Below, in pieces: positions 25,101 to 33,155 of a DNA stretch of 53,741 nt (the stretch's first letter is position 1; each line of letters starts with the position of its first letter). Source of the DNA: Aplysia californica (Eukaryota); contig NW_004797886.1 in assembly GCF_000002075.1 (NCBI RefSeq), forward strand, positions 379,493 to 433,233, given 5' to 3'. Position numbers and translations under genes: made by a program. The notes under the pieces were generated by a model, which worked only from the letters and a program-made list of their open reading frames with translations, did no database searches and was not told where the DNA came from.

Positions 25101-28100
25101 TTACAGTACCTTCAATTCAACACAAAACACAAGTTAGTTAACATGCACACATACACTCTTTAGATTAATGTTAACACATAAGCAAAAGTTCATACTATCA
25201 CAGCACAATGGATTACGGTATGCACATCAGACCATGAACATTAGAGCATTATATGAATAAGAAGGACAATGAGAACACAGTCACATCTCATACTTTATTT
25301 TCCAACTTGCAATCTTCCTATTTGAGAAATTTAATACAGTTTACCTAAAGCTCTCAAGATTTGCACCTCTTGCTGTGTGTCTGCCTCTTTTTAGATTTCC
25401 ACAGAAAGATGAATTATACAACAGTTGTCTTCTCTTGTTTCATTTCCCTCAAAATCCTCAACTTGTATATAGTACAATTTGTTTTAATGCATGTAAATGG
25501 CGATAAGAGTTTTTGAACACCCTGTCTCCCCCAGGGCAACTTTGGTTATTGCTTTTTTACCCCCAGTCAGTGATTTTTTGCTCCTTCTTTCCTATCAAAC
25601 ATATATTATCCTGGTCTCTCCTCCTTTTTTATGTTAGTTACTCTCTTGTAAGGCCTGTAGTCTTCGGCACTTATATGACCTTATTGTGTTGCAAGTGCCG
25701 TAAAACTCTTACTAAAACTGAAAAGTGACTTGTGAGTAGAGAAACTACTTGTTCTTTGCCAGTTTAATGCTTGAGTGGTTGAAGAGCGCCACTGGTAGTT
25801 CTTACTTTTCTTTTCTTCTTTTGTTCCTGTCTTATTTTTTCTTTGGTGGTTAGTTGGTGGGTGCTCTGGTGCTGTTTGCTCCTTCTTACACGTGCTCATA
25901 TGACCTTATGTAGTCGTGAGCGCCATAATACTCTTACTAAAACTAAACAAGCGTTTTGCCCAGCACTAAATGACCTTTGTTGTGTCAGTGCGCTCCTCTT
26001 TTCTCAAACAAAAGCAATCAGCTCAGTTTATGCTATAGTTATTATCACATTTGTGCAAGAATTAAGACTGCACAATGCTCAGTGTACCCTAAGTATTCTC
26101 TTTTTTTCCCTCTCCATCTTCCCAACTTACCAGTGTATCGCCATAGTTATTTTGAAACAAAACTTCCACTTTCCTGTATGTTGGTTCTCTGTTCGATTTG
26201 GTTTGGCATCTTGATGTACGTTTCACTTTTTTTTCCAGTGTACACGAGATGAAAAAGATCTGATGCGACCGTTATACGACAGGTACAGATCCATCAAGAG
26301 AATACTGGCCAGACCTGTGTCTGTGAGTACAGTTTGAAACCTGTGATTGTCTTTATTTTTATTCTTTTTGTATTCTCCACCATGTGTTTACATGAGACAA
26401 AGTCTTAACCTAGTTCTCTGTTGCTTTTTATCAAATCATAGTAAGCTTTTCACTTGTCTCTTCTGAGGGATCTGTAGATGTACTGCTTCCTCATTACATC
26501 ATTGGAACTTTCTTTTTTTTAATGTGCTGGGGGAGAGGGGTGCTTTTTTATGTTTGTATTGTATGGTCAGAAATTGGTATACAAGTATGAATCTAATTAT
26601 AAAGTAACATATCCATAACAGCATTAACTGATTATGAAACTAACAACTGACATGAAGCTTTGTGTTATATAAAAACGCATAAATAGATTAATGTGTATCT
26701 ATTTTTAGTTGGTTCAAATTTTTTACTGGTTTTCTGATCACTTTTGTTTGTGGACTTTGAACATCATTCAAATTTGTTCTTAATGTTGAAAAGTATTGTA
26801 TAAATTTGGATATATTTTATATATATATATATTTTTTTTTTTAAACACTGAGCTGACTTATTTTAAGCAACCCCAGTAACACATTTCTTTAGATTGAACT
26901 TCCCTTTCTTAGGAAACAGCATTTTCTAGACTTACTAGTTATTAACCTTTTCACTGTTGAAAAACCATGCCCGAGGTTCTCATTACTATTCGAGATGTTT
27001 ATGGTATTGATCACTGAGTATCTCAGGCTTAAATTAAAAAGAACTTGGAAGTGCTGTGCATCCTCATACCTTCGACCACAAAAAGTTCAACAGGGCAGGC
27101 CTGTAAGGATTAGCTATCAAATCAAGAGTCCTCATAAATTGTAGCTTATTACGAAAGAAACACATCAGTCAGATTCTTTAGAATGTGAAGATGGAACATG
27201 GCCCTGAGAAAGGAGAAGGACTTAGCAGTCGGGTTGGAGAATAGGTAATAGATGCAGGCTTCTGAAGATTTGGCACGATGAGGACAGAAGATAGTGAAAA
27301 AAAATTCACAGAACAAGACAGTGAAAGAGTTAATAATGAATAACACTGTTACATATTATGTAGAAATTTAGCACACTAACATTTTTCATCCCCAGCCTCG
27401 CAATTCCCTTGAACTGCAAACGGTGCCGGAAGATCAGATGATTGAAATTCCTGTTACGTATCCTGTAAGTTCCATGCCTAATACCAATGTCATTTAACAT
27501 AACAGTTTAAAAGCGCGCTTTTCAACCTTTTTATAACCAGTGCCCATTTTTAACTACCTTTAAGACTCTAAACTTTTTGTATGGAACAATACTAATTTGT
27601 CCCCCATTTTCGAGAAAAGCGGTTGTCTTCAACAGGTAGACATCTTTACACAGCATCATTATAACGTAAAAATTTGCAAAGGTGAAATGGGAAGTGGCTG
27701 TTTGTACAGGTGACTATCTTATACAGGTGGCCGTTAAAGCAGGTTTGACTGTATATCCAGCAGAGCATACTTTCGCTACACGGGTATCCCCACCAAAATT
27801 ACCAAATGGCCCACTAGTGGACGATATCACCCACGTTGACAAGCACTAGTCCAAAGATCCTCAGTGTTTGAAAGTGGTAAAGAAAGCTGTGGCACCTTCA
27901 ATGTACTGCCACATTTCATTGTCATGTTAATTCTTGTGAATGCAAATAATCACTGCTCCCTATTCTTCTTTTGCATTTTATGCTATTGTGGAAATCTGTC
28001 CCCTCACTCTGGAACCCCCTCACGTGAGCTTTATAAATCATTGGCAAGCTGTTCCACCGTTATTAGCCCAGGAAGCACAATTTTTCAGGAGAGAGGAAAA

Positions 28101-31100
28101 ACTGTTTCATTCTTGTGAAAATTGTCCCACCCTTATGTGTATCTTTGATTGCTTCTCTCAACATTAATGATTTAAATTTCGACAAAATATTTCTTGAGAA
28201 CATTCAACCAATACCACAGATTAAGAAATTGTCACAATTTTTGGCGTAGTACTTCTGAACAGCTAGCTGACCAAATGCTTCAAAGACCCTGGACATTTGG
28301 ATTGCATCATTATTAAAATATATGTCTTATTATTTTTTTTTTTCACATTACACTTTTTAGAATGCATTTCTAGAACAGAAGTAGGTTGTTTTAGTTTATA
28401 GGGTGTTCGTTCTTTACATCAGAAGAATGTGAATCCCGTACATGGTAATTTTGTTTTGGTACTGAGTACATTTCGACTGCTTATTGTAAGACTCCGTAAT
28501 GTATCACTTTTCAAAACGGCATATGGCAGAGTATCTCAGTAAGCAGTTGATTCGCTGTTAATTTTCAAGCGCATTGAAGAGGTTGAATATAAGTTCTTGG
28601 TGGGGAGCAAGGCATCATACTTTTTGGGACATATAAATGTTCTAACATTTTTATTGGCTTATATGGATATCTCAGTACTATCTACAGAATGAAAGATAAC
28701 CATGAATTACTTGCTTGTTTTCAATGGCCTTTTGGTTGTAATGTTGGGGTTCTTTTTCAATGAGCGGAAAAAGGGAGAAGTTATTGCGGTTTGTTACTTA
28801 ATGTTGCGACAAAGCTTTATTCAGTTTGTAGTCGAAATTGTCCTGGATGGCCATCCATTGTCAAAGAGAAAAATAGTTATCTTAGACAGTTGGAAGTCTT
28901 GAACGGTGTCATTATAACAATAACTTTTTTTTGGGGGGGGGGGGGGGGGGGAGATTTAGTGGGAAGTAGTTTGTTTTAGTTTTAGTAAGGTTTTACGGCA
29001 CTCGCAACTGCATAAGGTTGTATGAGTGCCAAGGGGGGGATGTCAACAGAGAAGTTCAAACGGGGAATTTGGCTTACTCTGCTCACCTCTCTAGCCTCAA
29101 CAGCACAAAGTCTGCTTCGACTATCAAGGCACCCCGGAAATACCAGTTCACAAGAGAGTGACAAACATACAAAAGAAGTAGAGGAAAAAATTACAATAGT
29201 AAAGATGAGGAAAGAAAAAGCAGCAGTTCCCCCTAGGCTGTTCCTGCACAGTATGAGCCTGACATTGATAAATCAGCCCATTTACAATTCTACTGTTCAT
29301 AAGAGCATGTTAATATCCCCCCTTTGGGAATGGCCGAAAGACACTTCAGTCAGTAACACTGCTCTGGTAGGGAAGTACTTAAGTTTGCACAGGTGATTGT
29401 CTTAAAAAGATGGCTATAAGGGCAGGTTCGACTGCATATCGAATTAGTATCTGCTTTGGGGGTGTTACTTCCACTTTGTATTTCACAAAGAAAAACTGCT
29501 TTGCTTCCAGAGAAATACCATCCACATCCCCACTGCCGATCCGGACGAGGACGGTCCGAGCACGCCCGACTTTGGCACGTCAGATTTTGGCCTGGTCACC
29601 AGAGATCTGACCGTGCTCCGAGACCTGGGCTTTCCTCAACAAAGGTCTTCCTACAGCAATGTCAACGATGAGGGTATGCAACAGCCAGGAGGAGGAGGAG
29701 GAGGGGGCTCGGAGGAGGCGGAGGACTCGGGAGGAGATGCTCACCTTCATGAGCTTTCCTTGTAAGTTTGTTTTGTTGGGTTTTTTTTGTTTTTTTAAAA
29801 ATGAAGTTCTCCTCTTTTTATTTTTTTTGGGGAAAAAATCTTTGCTAGTGGGTTGAAGAAGGCACTTTTTGTTAGCCCTCAGTTTTTCAGGAGAGCATAG
29901 AGTGAGAAGAAAAGGAAGAGTTATTTTTGCAGACTTTTATTCTTTGGCAAGAAAGTTTATATACAGTTGAAAATGTCCAAGATGGATACCCTTTATCGAG
30001 GGAAAAAGTGGTTGTCTTATACAGGTGGACATCTTGGACAGTTTCATTATAATTGTTTTTTTTAATTGGCCATTTGTAGTGTAAGACAGATGACTGTTAG
30101 AGCAGGTTGGACTGTACTCTACCACTTCTGTCTGCCTTGTTGAGACATTTCAGTTGTTGTTGGGAAACTTATTTTTCTTTTACACTAATAAAATATTTTT
30201 CTTCTATTCCTGCATCCTCTCCTGTCACGTGAAATTCAGCTGTTGGCACAAGGTTAGCAGGATTATTGGAATATTTGTTTAATAAAGGGATATTCCAGCT
30301 ACATTTGGAGTTCCGGGGTATAAAAGCGTTGTTACATCTGATCGGCTCTACTATGAAGATATATCACTTACAGTGCAATCACGCTAAGCAGACATAATTT
30401 GATTCTGGTTTGTATTTTCTTCTCCAGGTCAGAACTTCATGTTGAGATTGAGTCCTCAAGAGTACAGAAGAAAAAGTTGCGGCGTTGTTTGAAGGAATTT
30501 GAAGAGAGTTTTGTTGAAAGGAATGGAAGGTAATTAATTGAATTCCTTGGCAGTGTTTTGTTTGATTCATGTTGCTAATGCAAATTTGTGTTGTCCTAGT
30601 ATTACAGTCATGACATTTTTTATTTTAATATGTCGTGTGTCTGATTTGGATGAATTTGATCAATAATGGTGGTAGCAAAACATTGGGAATGGGGGATTGT
30701 GTGACTGTGGTGGACATAAGTATAAATGTGATTCAACCTTTGTTCTGTGAATGCTTGGTATAGCGCTTAATAGAAAATTACTTATATGTACTTGTAATAC
30801 TCATTCAACATATCTCTTTGCCGGTTTTATCCCTTTTTTTTGTCCTGAGAATGGTAAACTATGTATTTCGTTTTTTTCCTCTCATCTACAGGAAAGTTCA
30901 AAAGGAAGATAGGCATCCTTTACACAAAGAGTACAGCGAATATAAAGTGAGTATCTTTTTCCTTCGTTCACGCAGTTGTGTTGAGAACTGTAGATGTTGA
31001 TGCTTCTTTTCTGACCTCAGTCGTAGATAAGATAATTAGAAGATAATACCTTTTTGTCCCAGTTTGACATTTTCTATGACTGAACAGGAAAAAAAGTGTT

Positions 31101-31554
31101 TCATACTGGACTAGATGGGGATAGATAACATCTTTTTTAAATGGCTTGGGCTAGAAATTTTCAATTCCTTGGAAATACAGAGGGTTTTCACTTAAAGTTG
31201 CCTTCAACGAAACATTGAAATGTTTTTCACTGTCCTGACCTGACCATCAATGATTTATTTTTATAGAGGCACCAGCCATCCATGTCCAGGTGCTGTTTTA
31301 GCCTCATTTTCTCACTGTACTACTGTTTTAATGTACATTGTGTTGGTTAACTGACATCTTTGACAGTGTCATGATAATCTTTAAAAAGAGACAAGGGGGC
31401 AAACTGGAAAGTGGTCGTTTGTACAGGTGATTGCTTTTTGACAGGTGGTAGTCGGAGCAGGTCTGAGTGTAAATTTTGTTTTCTGTGTACTTTTCAGAAA
31501 GTGAAAGCGAGGTTACGGCTGATGGAGGCCCTGGTGTTGAAGCATCAAGAGTAA
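913..31554 (+). CDS. FAM13A: FAM13A/B-like RhoGAP protein, 5'-partial, 26 coding exons: join(913-1122,2839-3022,3345-3474,4668-4835,6333-6478,6863-6913,8092-8174,8629-8680,9109-9205,9814-9836,10887-10929,13737-14172,15750-15879,17442-17537,21270-21335,21854-21903,22352-22410,22719-22800,23481-23653,24598-24681,26239-26322,27396-27464,29511-29761,30428-30529,30892-30946,31498-31554)
   Basis: All introns are GT-AG, phases chain without a stop, total 2981 nt. RhoGAP motifs GLFRVSG (arginine finger) and NKMSSYALAIVFGPNIF. FAM13 hallmarks FVEKTIVETISEHIF, QLTKKIQGLKKKIKHFEEGFEKDHGYRPS, EKLAVQRALLHFEGLHGRP, MRPLYDRY and KARLRLMEAL. Start codon lies upstream of the window. Paralog label is nominal for an invertebrate. 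Confidence 0.92.
1883..2184. mobile_element. Degenerate TTAA-type (piggyBac-like) MITE
   Basis: Begins TTAACCCATT and ends AATGAGTTGA (imperfect inverted match); composition differs from the flanking intron. Confidence 0.4.
2362..2542 (+). mobile_element. SINE-like family A copy (~180 bp)
   Basis: Matches the consensus GTGGTTGGCGGGTGCTCTAATGTGGTTTGCTCC...GTGCCGTAAAACTCTTACTAAAAC seen in more than 10 copies. Confidence 0.8.
2631..2819 (+). mobile_element. SINE-like family A copy
   Basis: Full-length match with 3' stem-loop and A-rich tail. Confidence 0.85.
2839..3022 (+). CDS. FAM13A: FAM13-like exon, RhoGAP (LPEENYNVLKYI...NKMSSYALAIVFGPNIF)
   Basis: cacag acceptor, gtgagt donor, RhoGAP C-terminal motif. 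Confidence 0.93.
3345..3474 (+). CDS. FAM13A: FAM13-like exon, end of RhoGAP (YELTSGVDGLRDM...YDTLF)
   Basis: ttccag acceptor, gtaatc donor, phase consistent. Confidence 0.88.
4410..4556. other. Assembly gap
   Basis: Run of N. Confidence 1.
4668..4835 (+). CDS. FAM13A: FAM13-like exon (Pro/Ser-rich, KKSPPPRPPPPK)
   Basis: tgtag acceptor, AAG|gtagga donor, phase 0-0, open frame. Confidence 0.8.
4921..6035 (+). mobile_element. Non-autonomous (internally deleted) piggyBac-like DNA transposon, ~1.1 kb
   Basis: TTAA at 4921-4924 and 6032-6035; TIRs CTCACTCACTGCCATGC / GCCTGGCTGTGAGTGAG; acidic ORF remnant (DLFADDSDDE, 5228-5413) of the kind seen at piggyBac transposase N-termini; more CpG-rich than its flanks. 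Confidence 0.82.
6333..6478 (+). CDS. FAM13A: FAM13-like exon (IKNIYEVN...RAHSPFALE)
   Basis: ctccag / gtatgt, phase 0-2. Confidence 0.8.
6673..6760. repeat. (CA)/(CT)-rich simple repeat
   Basis: Seen directly. Confidence 0.85.
6863..6913 (+). CDS. FAM13A: FAM13-like exon (SETHSIIESPMITARTN)
   Basis: poly-T acag / gtaagt, phase 2-2. Confidence 0.8.
6957..7008 (+). mobile_element. Family A 3' fragment
   Basis: TTGTGTTGCAAGTGCCGTAAAACTCTTACTAAAACTGAAAC. Confidence 0.75.
7071..7118 (-). repeat. L2/CR1-like 3' tail fragment (near-identical copy at 31254-31303; similar tails at ~9925, 14645, 15395, 16500, 47976)
   Basis: Short stem-loop followed by TATAAAT-(A/T)-rich repeats. Confidence 0.5.
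8092..8174 (+). CDS. FAM13A: FAM13-like exon (FVEKTIVETISEHIFG)
   Basis: tttcag / gtatgt; resembles the conserved FAM13 post-GAP helix. Confidence 0.85.
8629..8680 (+). CDS. FAM13A: FAM13-like exon (TPRSPQKAAVDAIDFTD)
   Basis: tgccag / gtaagt, phase 1-2. Confidence 0.75.
9109..9205 (+). CDS. FAM13A: FAM13-like exon (TSVDHPVVKPR...QHPE)
   Basis: catcag / GAG|gtgagt, phase 2-0. Confidence 0.78.
9221..9379. mobile_element. Tc1/mariner (pogo-like) MITE family D
   Basis: TA-CAGTTGA...TCGACTG-TA termini; internal AAAAGTGGTTGTCTT..ACAGGT repeats. Confidence 0.75.
9814..9836 (+). CDS. FAM13A: FAM13-like 23-nt microexon (DGYQGKV)
   Basis: Strong polypyrimidine tract plus cag, gtgagt donor, phase 0-2 fits the next exon. 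Confidence 0.65.
10409..10790 (+). mobile_element. SINE-like family B copy (~380 bp, same 3' tail as family A)
   Basis: Aligns to the reverse complement of 28970-29370 and 43052-43366; ends GGCGCTC...GAGCGCCGTAAGACCC-polyA. Confidence 0.85.
10887..10929 (+). CDS. FAM13A: FAM13-like 43-nt exon (RDFDKIERSDMLTG)
   Basis: Strong poly-T cag / GGG|gtgagt, phase 2-0. Confidence 0.7.
12774..12970. repeat. Dispersed repeat family E (second copy 28064-28230, inverted fragment ~40310-40350); probably a DNA-transposon derivative
   Basis: Shared AGCCCAG(A/G)AAGCACAATTTTTCAGGAGAGAG...CAAAATATTTCTT...ATACCACAGA.TAAGAAA. Confidence 0.65.
13737..14172 (+). CDS. FAM13A: FAM13-like large exon (HKKPSGPPRRSPSRK...IPPLDLTTLHEHVDGA)
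   Basis: GC-rich coding-like open frame; first AG after a long AG-free zone; gtaagg donor. Confidence 0.85.
14501..14553 (+). mobile_element. Family A/B 3' tail fragment
   Basis: GCTCATATGACCTTATGCAGTTGCGAGCACCGTAAAAC. Confidence 0.75.
15253..15360 (+). mobile_element. Family A 3' half
   Basis: Degenerate match to the consensus 3' half. Confidence 0.7.
15546..15740 (+). mobile_element. tRNA-derived SINE (family C)
   Basis: A box TAGCTCAGTTGG, B box GGTTTGAATC; body shared with 24028-24240 and 42820-43044. Confidence 0.75.
15750..15879 (+). CDS. FAM13A: FAM13-like exon (EPIPVTK...ISPRSNKLKKRN)
   Basis: tttcag / gtaagc; EPIP motif. Confidence 0.85.
17442..17537 (+). CDS. FAM13A: FAM13-like exon (GWDTELT...EAPMSPSAAF)
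   Basis: gaag acceptor, CAG|gtgatt donor, phase 2-2. Confidence 0.7.
20934..21135. other. Assembly gap
   Basis: Run of N. Confidence 1.
21270..21335 (+). CDS. FAM13A: FAM13-like exon (ASVNTDIPPSPPVHQDLYKKH)
   Basis: tgcag / CAG|gtgtgt; PPSPP motif. Confidence 0.85.
21854..21903 (+). CDS. FAM13A: FAM13-like exon (DDDCSHRLRQLTKKIQ)
   Basis: tacag / AAG|gtaagt. Confidence 0.9.
21911..22181 (+). mobile_element. 3' fragment of a non-LTR retrotransposon (I-group-like ORF2 C-terminal zinc knuckle plus (GAA)n tail)
   Basis: Peptide NYHLNRIDTGNPSMNLLCDHVYQTVQHLVFKCPKL resembles the HLxRI...CxxC...ETxxH....CP motif; ends GAAGAAGAAGA. Confidence 0.72.
22352..22410 (+). CDS. FAM13A: FAM13-like exon (LKKKIKHFEEGFEKDHGYR)
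   Basis: tttcag / gtatgt; conserved FAM13 motif. Confidence 0.92.
22719..22800 (+). CDS. FAM13A: FAM13-like exon (PSQGEKAAQPDIKKYMNELSKARKDLK)
   Basis: catcag / gtaagt. Confidence 0.92.
23275..23453 (+). mobile_element. SINE-like family A copy
   Basis: Full-length degenerate match. Confidence 0.8.
23481..23653 (+). CDS. FAM13A: FAM13-like exon (PSVSNTLEFILKCLKEKRRDSGRPEEVL)
   Basis: cacag / gtaaga. Confidence 0.9.
24028..24240 (+). mobile_element. tRNA-derived SINE (family C)
   Basis: A box TAGCTCAGCTGG, B box GTTTGAATC, GAACTTGGGTT body motif. Confidence 0.75.
24598..24681 (+). CDS. FAM13A: FAM13-like exon (MSREQVHDEKLAVQRALLHFEGLHGRP)
   Basis: catcag / gtgagt; conserved motif. Confidence 0.93.
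24709..24880 (+). mobile_element. SINE-like family A copy
   Basis: Full-length match; possible CACAGT-containing TSD. Confidence 0.82.
25570..25723 (+). mobile_element. SINE-like family A copy (5'-truncated)
   Basis: Match with intact GGCACTT...AAGTGCC stem. Confidence 0.85.
25844..25950 (+). mobile_element. Family A copy with internal deletion
   Basis: Family A head joined directly to a GCTC...GAGCGCC tail. Confidence 0.75.
26239..26322 (+). CDS. FAM13A: FAM13-like exon (EKDLMRPLYDRYRSIKRIL)
   Basis: ttccag / gtgagt; conserved motif. Confidence 0.93.
27396..27464 (+). CDS. FAM13A: FAM13-like exon (PRNSLELQTVPEDQ)
   Basis: cactaac branch point, cccag / gtaagt. Confidence 0.88.
27608..27753. 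mobile_element. MITE family D partial (further fragments at ~1242-1320, 28826-28920, 29383-29436, 31350-31470, 41630-41708)
   Basis: GAAAAGCGGTTGTCTT...CAGGTTTGACTGTA. Confidence 0.7.
28970..29370 (-). mobile_element. SINE-like family B copy (antisense to FAM13)
   Basis: Reverse complement aligns to 10409-10790. Confidence 0.85.
29511..29761 (+). CDS. FAM13A: FAM13-like exon (RNTIHIP...GGGGGG...HLHELS)
   Basis: ttccag / gtaagt; GC-rich open frame. Confidence 0.85.
29962..30116. mobile_element. Tc1/mariner MITE family D
   Basis: TA-CAGTTGAA...TTGGACTG-TA; same internal motifs. Confidence 0.78.
30428..30529 (+). CDS. FAM13A: FAM13-like exon (KKKLRRCLKEFEESFVERNG)
   Basis: ctccag / gtaatt; conserved motif. 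Confidence 0.92.
30892..30946 (+). CDS. FAM13A: FAM13-like exon (KVQKEDRHPLHKEYSEYK)
   Basis: ctacag / gtgagt; conserved motif. Confidence 0.92.
31498..31554 (+). CDS. FAM13A: FAM13-like terminal coding exon (KVKARLRLMEALVLKHQE*)
   Basis: tttcag acceptor; TAA at 31552-31554; FAM13 C-terminal motif. Confidence 0.92.
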   Translation, partial: KVKARLRLMEALVLKHQE

Positions 31555-31879
31555 CTTGAGAATTTTTCATTCATTCTTTCCATCATACATCATGTTCTTT
31601 ATCACCATTTTTCTCATATTCTCTCCCTTCCTGAGAGGTAAATATGTATACTGAAGGCTGAGACTTTAGAATTGGCATCATGTATCTGAAAAGGAAGAAT
31701 ACCCTTTAGGCAGATTAACTCTTTTTGTGCCTTGATTTATCTGCGCCCGTTCATTTGGTCTGAAGAAAAATGAGGGTGTATATAGATGCTTGGCACAGAG
31801 AGAGTTAATGAACTCTGTTGACCACTGTTATCACTTGTGCATGCTGTACATATGAGACTGTTTTGTTTTCCGACCACTG

Positions 31880-31885
31880 AATAAA
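31880..31885 (+). terminator. Proximal polyadenylation signal candidate for FAM13 (others at 32059 and 33357)
   Basis: AATAAA ~325 nt after the stop codon. Confidence 0.3.
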
Positions 31886-32816
31886 TCAGCTGTTGTGAAG
31901 TCTTTCCTACCAGTTTTTTGCTGCTCTACTATCGGAGCTACTTTCAGACTCTCGGAGTGAGAGACGAGACAGTTCCTGTTGACCTGTTGATTCAGATGTC
32001 TGTTGAATTTACAAGTGCCAGAAATTTTTCTGCCATGGCGACACTATTAATTATTGGAAATAAAGGCAGATTATTTGAATGATGATCTATCACAAAGATT
32101 TTCTTCAAATTTATTTTTGACTTAATTTTTTTTCCTGTCATAGACAATTTTTAATTCGTTTCCCTTGTGCCACATTATATGGTGCAGCAAACCGAGAAAT
32201 TTTGTTCCCATGCTGTGAGGGAAAGTAATCTGAAAAATAATTTTTAACCACTTGTTTATAATTAATTTTATTAATTCATAGATAATTTTAAAGAAAAATT
32301 GTTTCTCGTCATTTTTATTACAACCTTTATCATTTCAATTTCGGCAAAATCAAGACTGTTTTCCTCCCCTAAAAAGGTGTGATGAAGTAACTCTTTTGAT
32401 AGATTATAATGGAGCTTCAGTCCTCTCCATGACTTTGAACAGAGATAGATACTGATGTTTATTATGATGTACCATGATACATTGTGTATGACTTTTCCAG
32501 CCCATGGCATTTGTCTTGAAATACAGTAAATTCCTGTGTTTTGCCTGAGCCGAATAGGTGTGTGGGCAATGAGTTACCTACACTGTTAATAGTTACTGAA
32601 ATGTAAGAACTTTTTGTTTCTTTTGAAAATGATATACAGTCACTGTCTGTTTTAATTGCCTGTATCAAGGCAATGGTCAACTGTAGGTCACTGCTGTCTT
32701 TAGACAATTGTCGTTTTCAGTATGGTTGGTTTGTGTTTTCAGCACATTATTTGTTCAGTCTTATTCTGAAGGAGTTTAACAGGTCATTGTTGGGTAGTGT
32801 TTGACACGATGTAGAT

Positions 32817-33155
32817 CAGGCAGGGCTGATCAAACTACGGCTGGCCCGCAAGAAGTTTCAGTCTAGCCCGTGGGTTTACCCAGTAATTAATAATGAACGT
32901 GGCTCACAGTAAGGTGATAATTAATAAAGAACAAAACTGTCCGTCTTGAAAATTAAAATCAAATAGTTTCGAGACTAATTGGATGCAGACCTCATGAAAT
33001 GTTCTTGAGTGACATATGCTATAGCATCAGTTTTATTTTCATTTTTGAAAGCTGAGGCATTTTGACAACTTTCATCCAATTTTTCATGATTTGACTCTTG
33101 CGATATTTGGAATCACTTAATCTAGCCTGCACTTGAATGCGCTCGCCCAAGCCTA
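32817..33155. mobile_element. hAT (Charlie-like) MITE
   Basis: Perfect 8-bp TSD ATGTAGAT (32809-16 / 33156-63) fits the nTnTAnAn preference; imperfect TIRs CAGGCAGGGC / GCCCAAGCCTA; CAAACTACGGC..GGCCCGC subterminal motif. Confidence 0.8.

Noticed and set aside
27458-27470. GTATCCT resembling a U12-type 5' splice site overlapping the exon end
   Set aside because: It continues with G rather than TT, no TCCTTAAC branch site is found near the 29511 acceptor, and a perfect U2 donor GTAAGT lies 7 nt downstream.
29022-29396. 124-aa ORF, with similar peptides at 43052-43401
   Set aside because: Translation of family B repeat copies, not a gene family.
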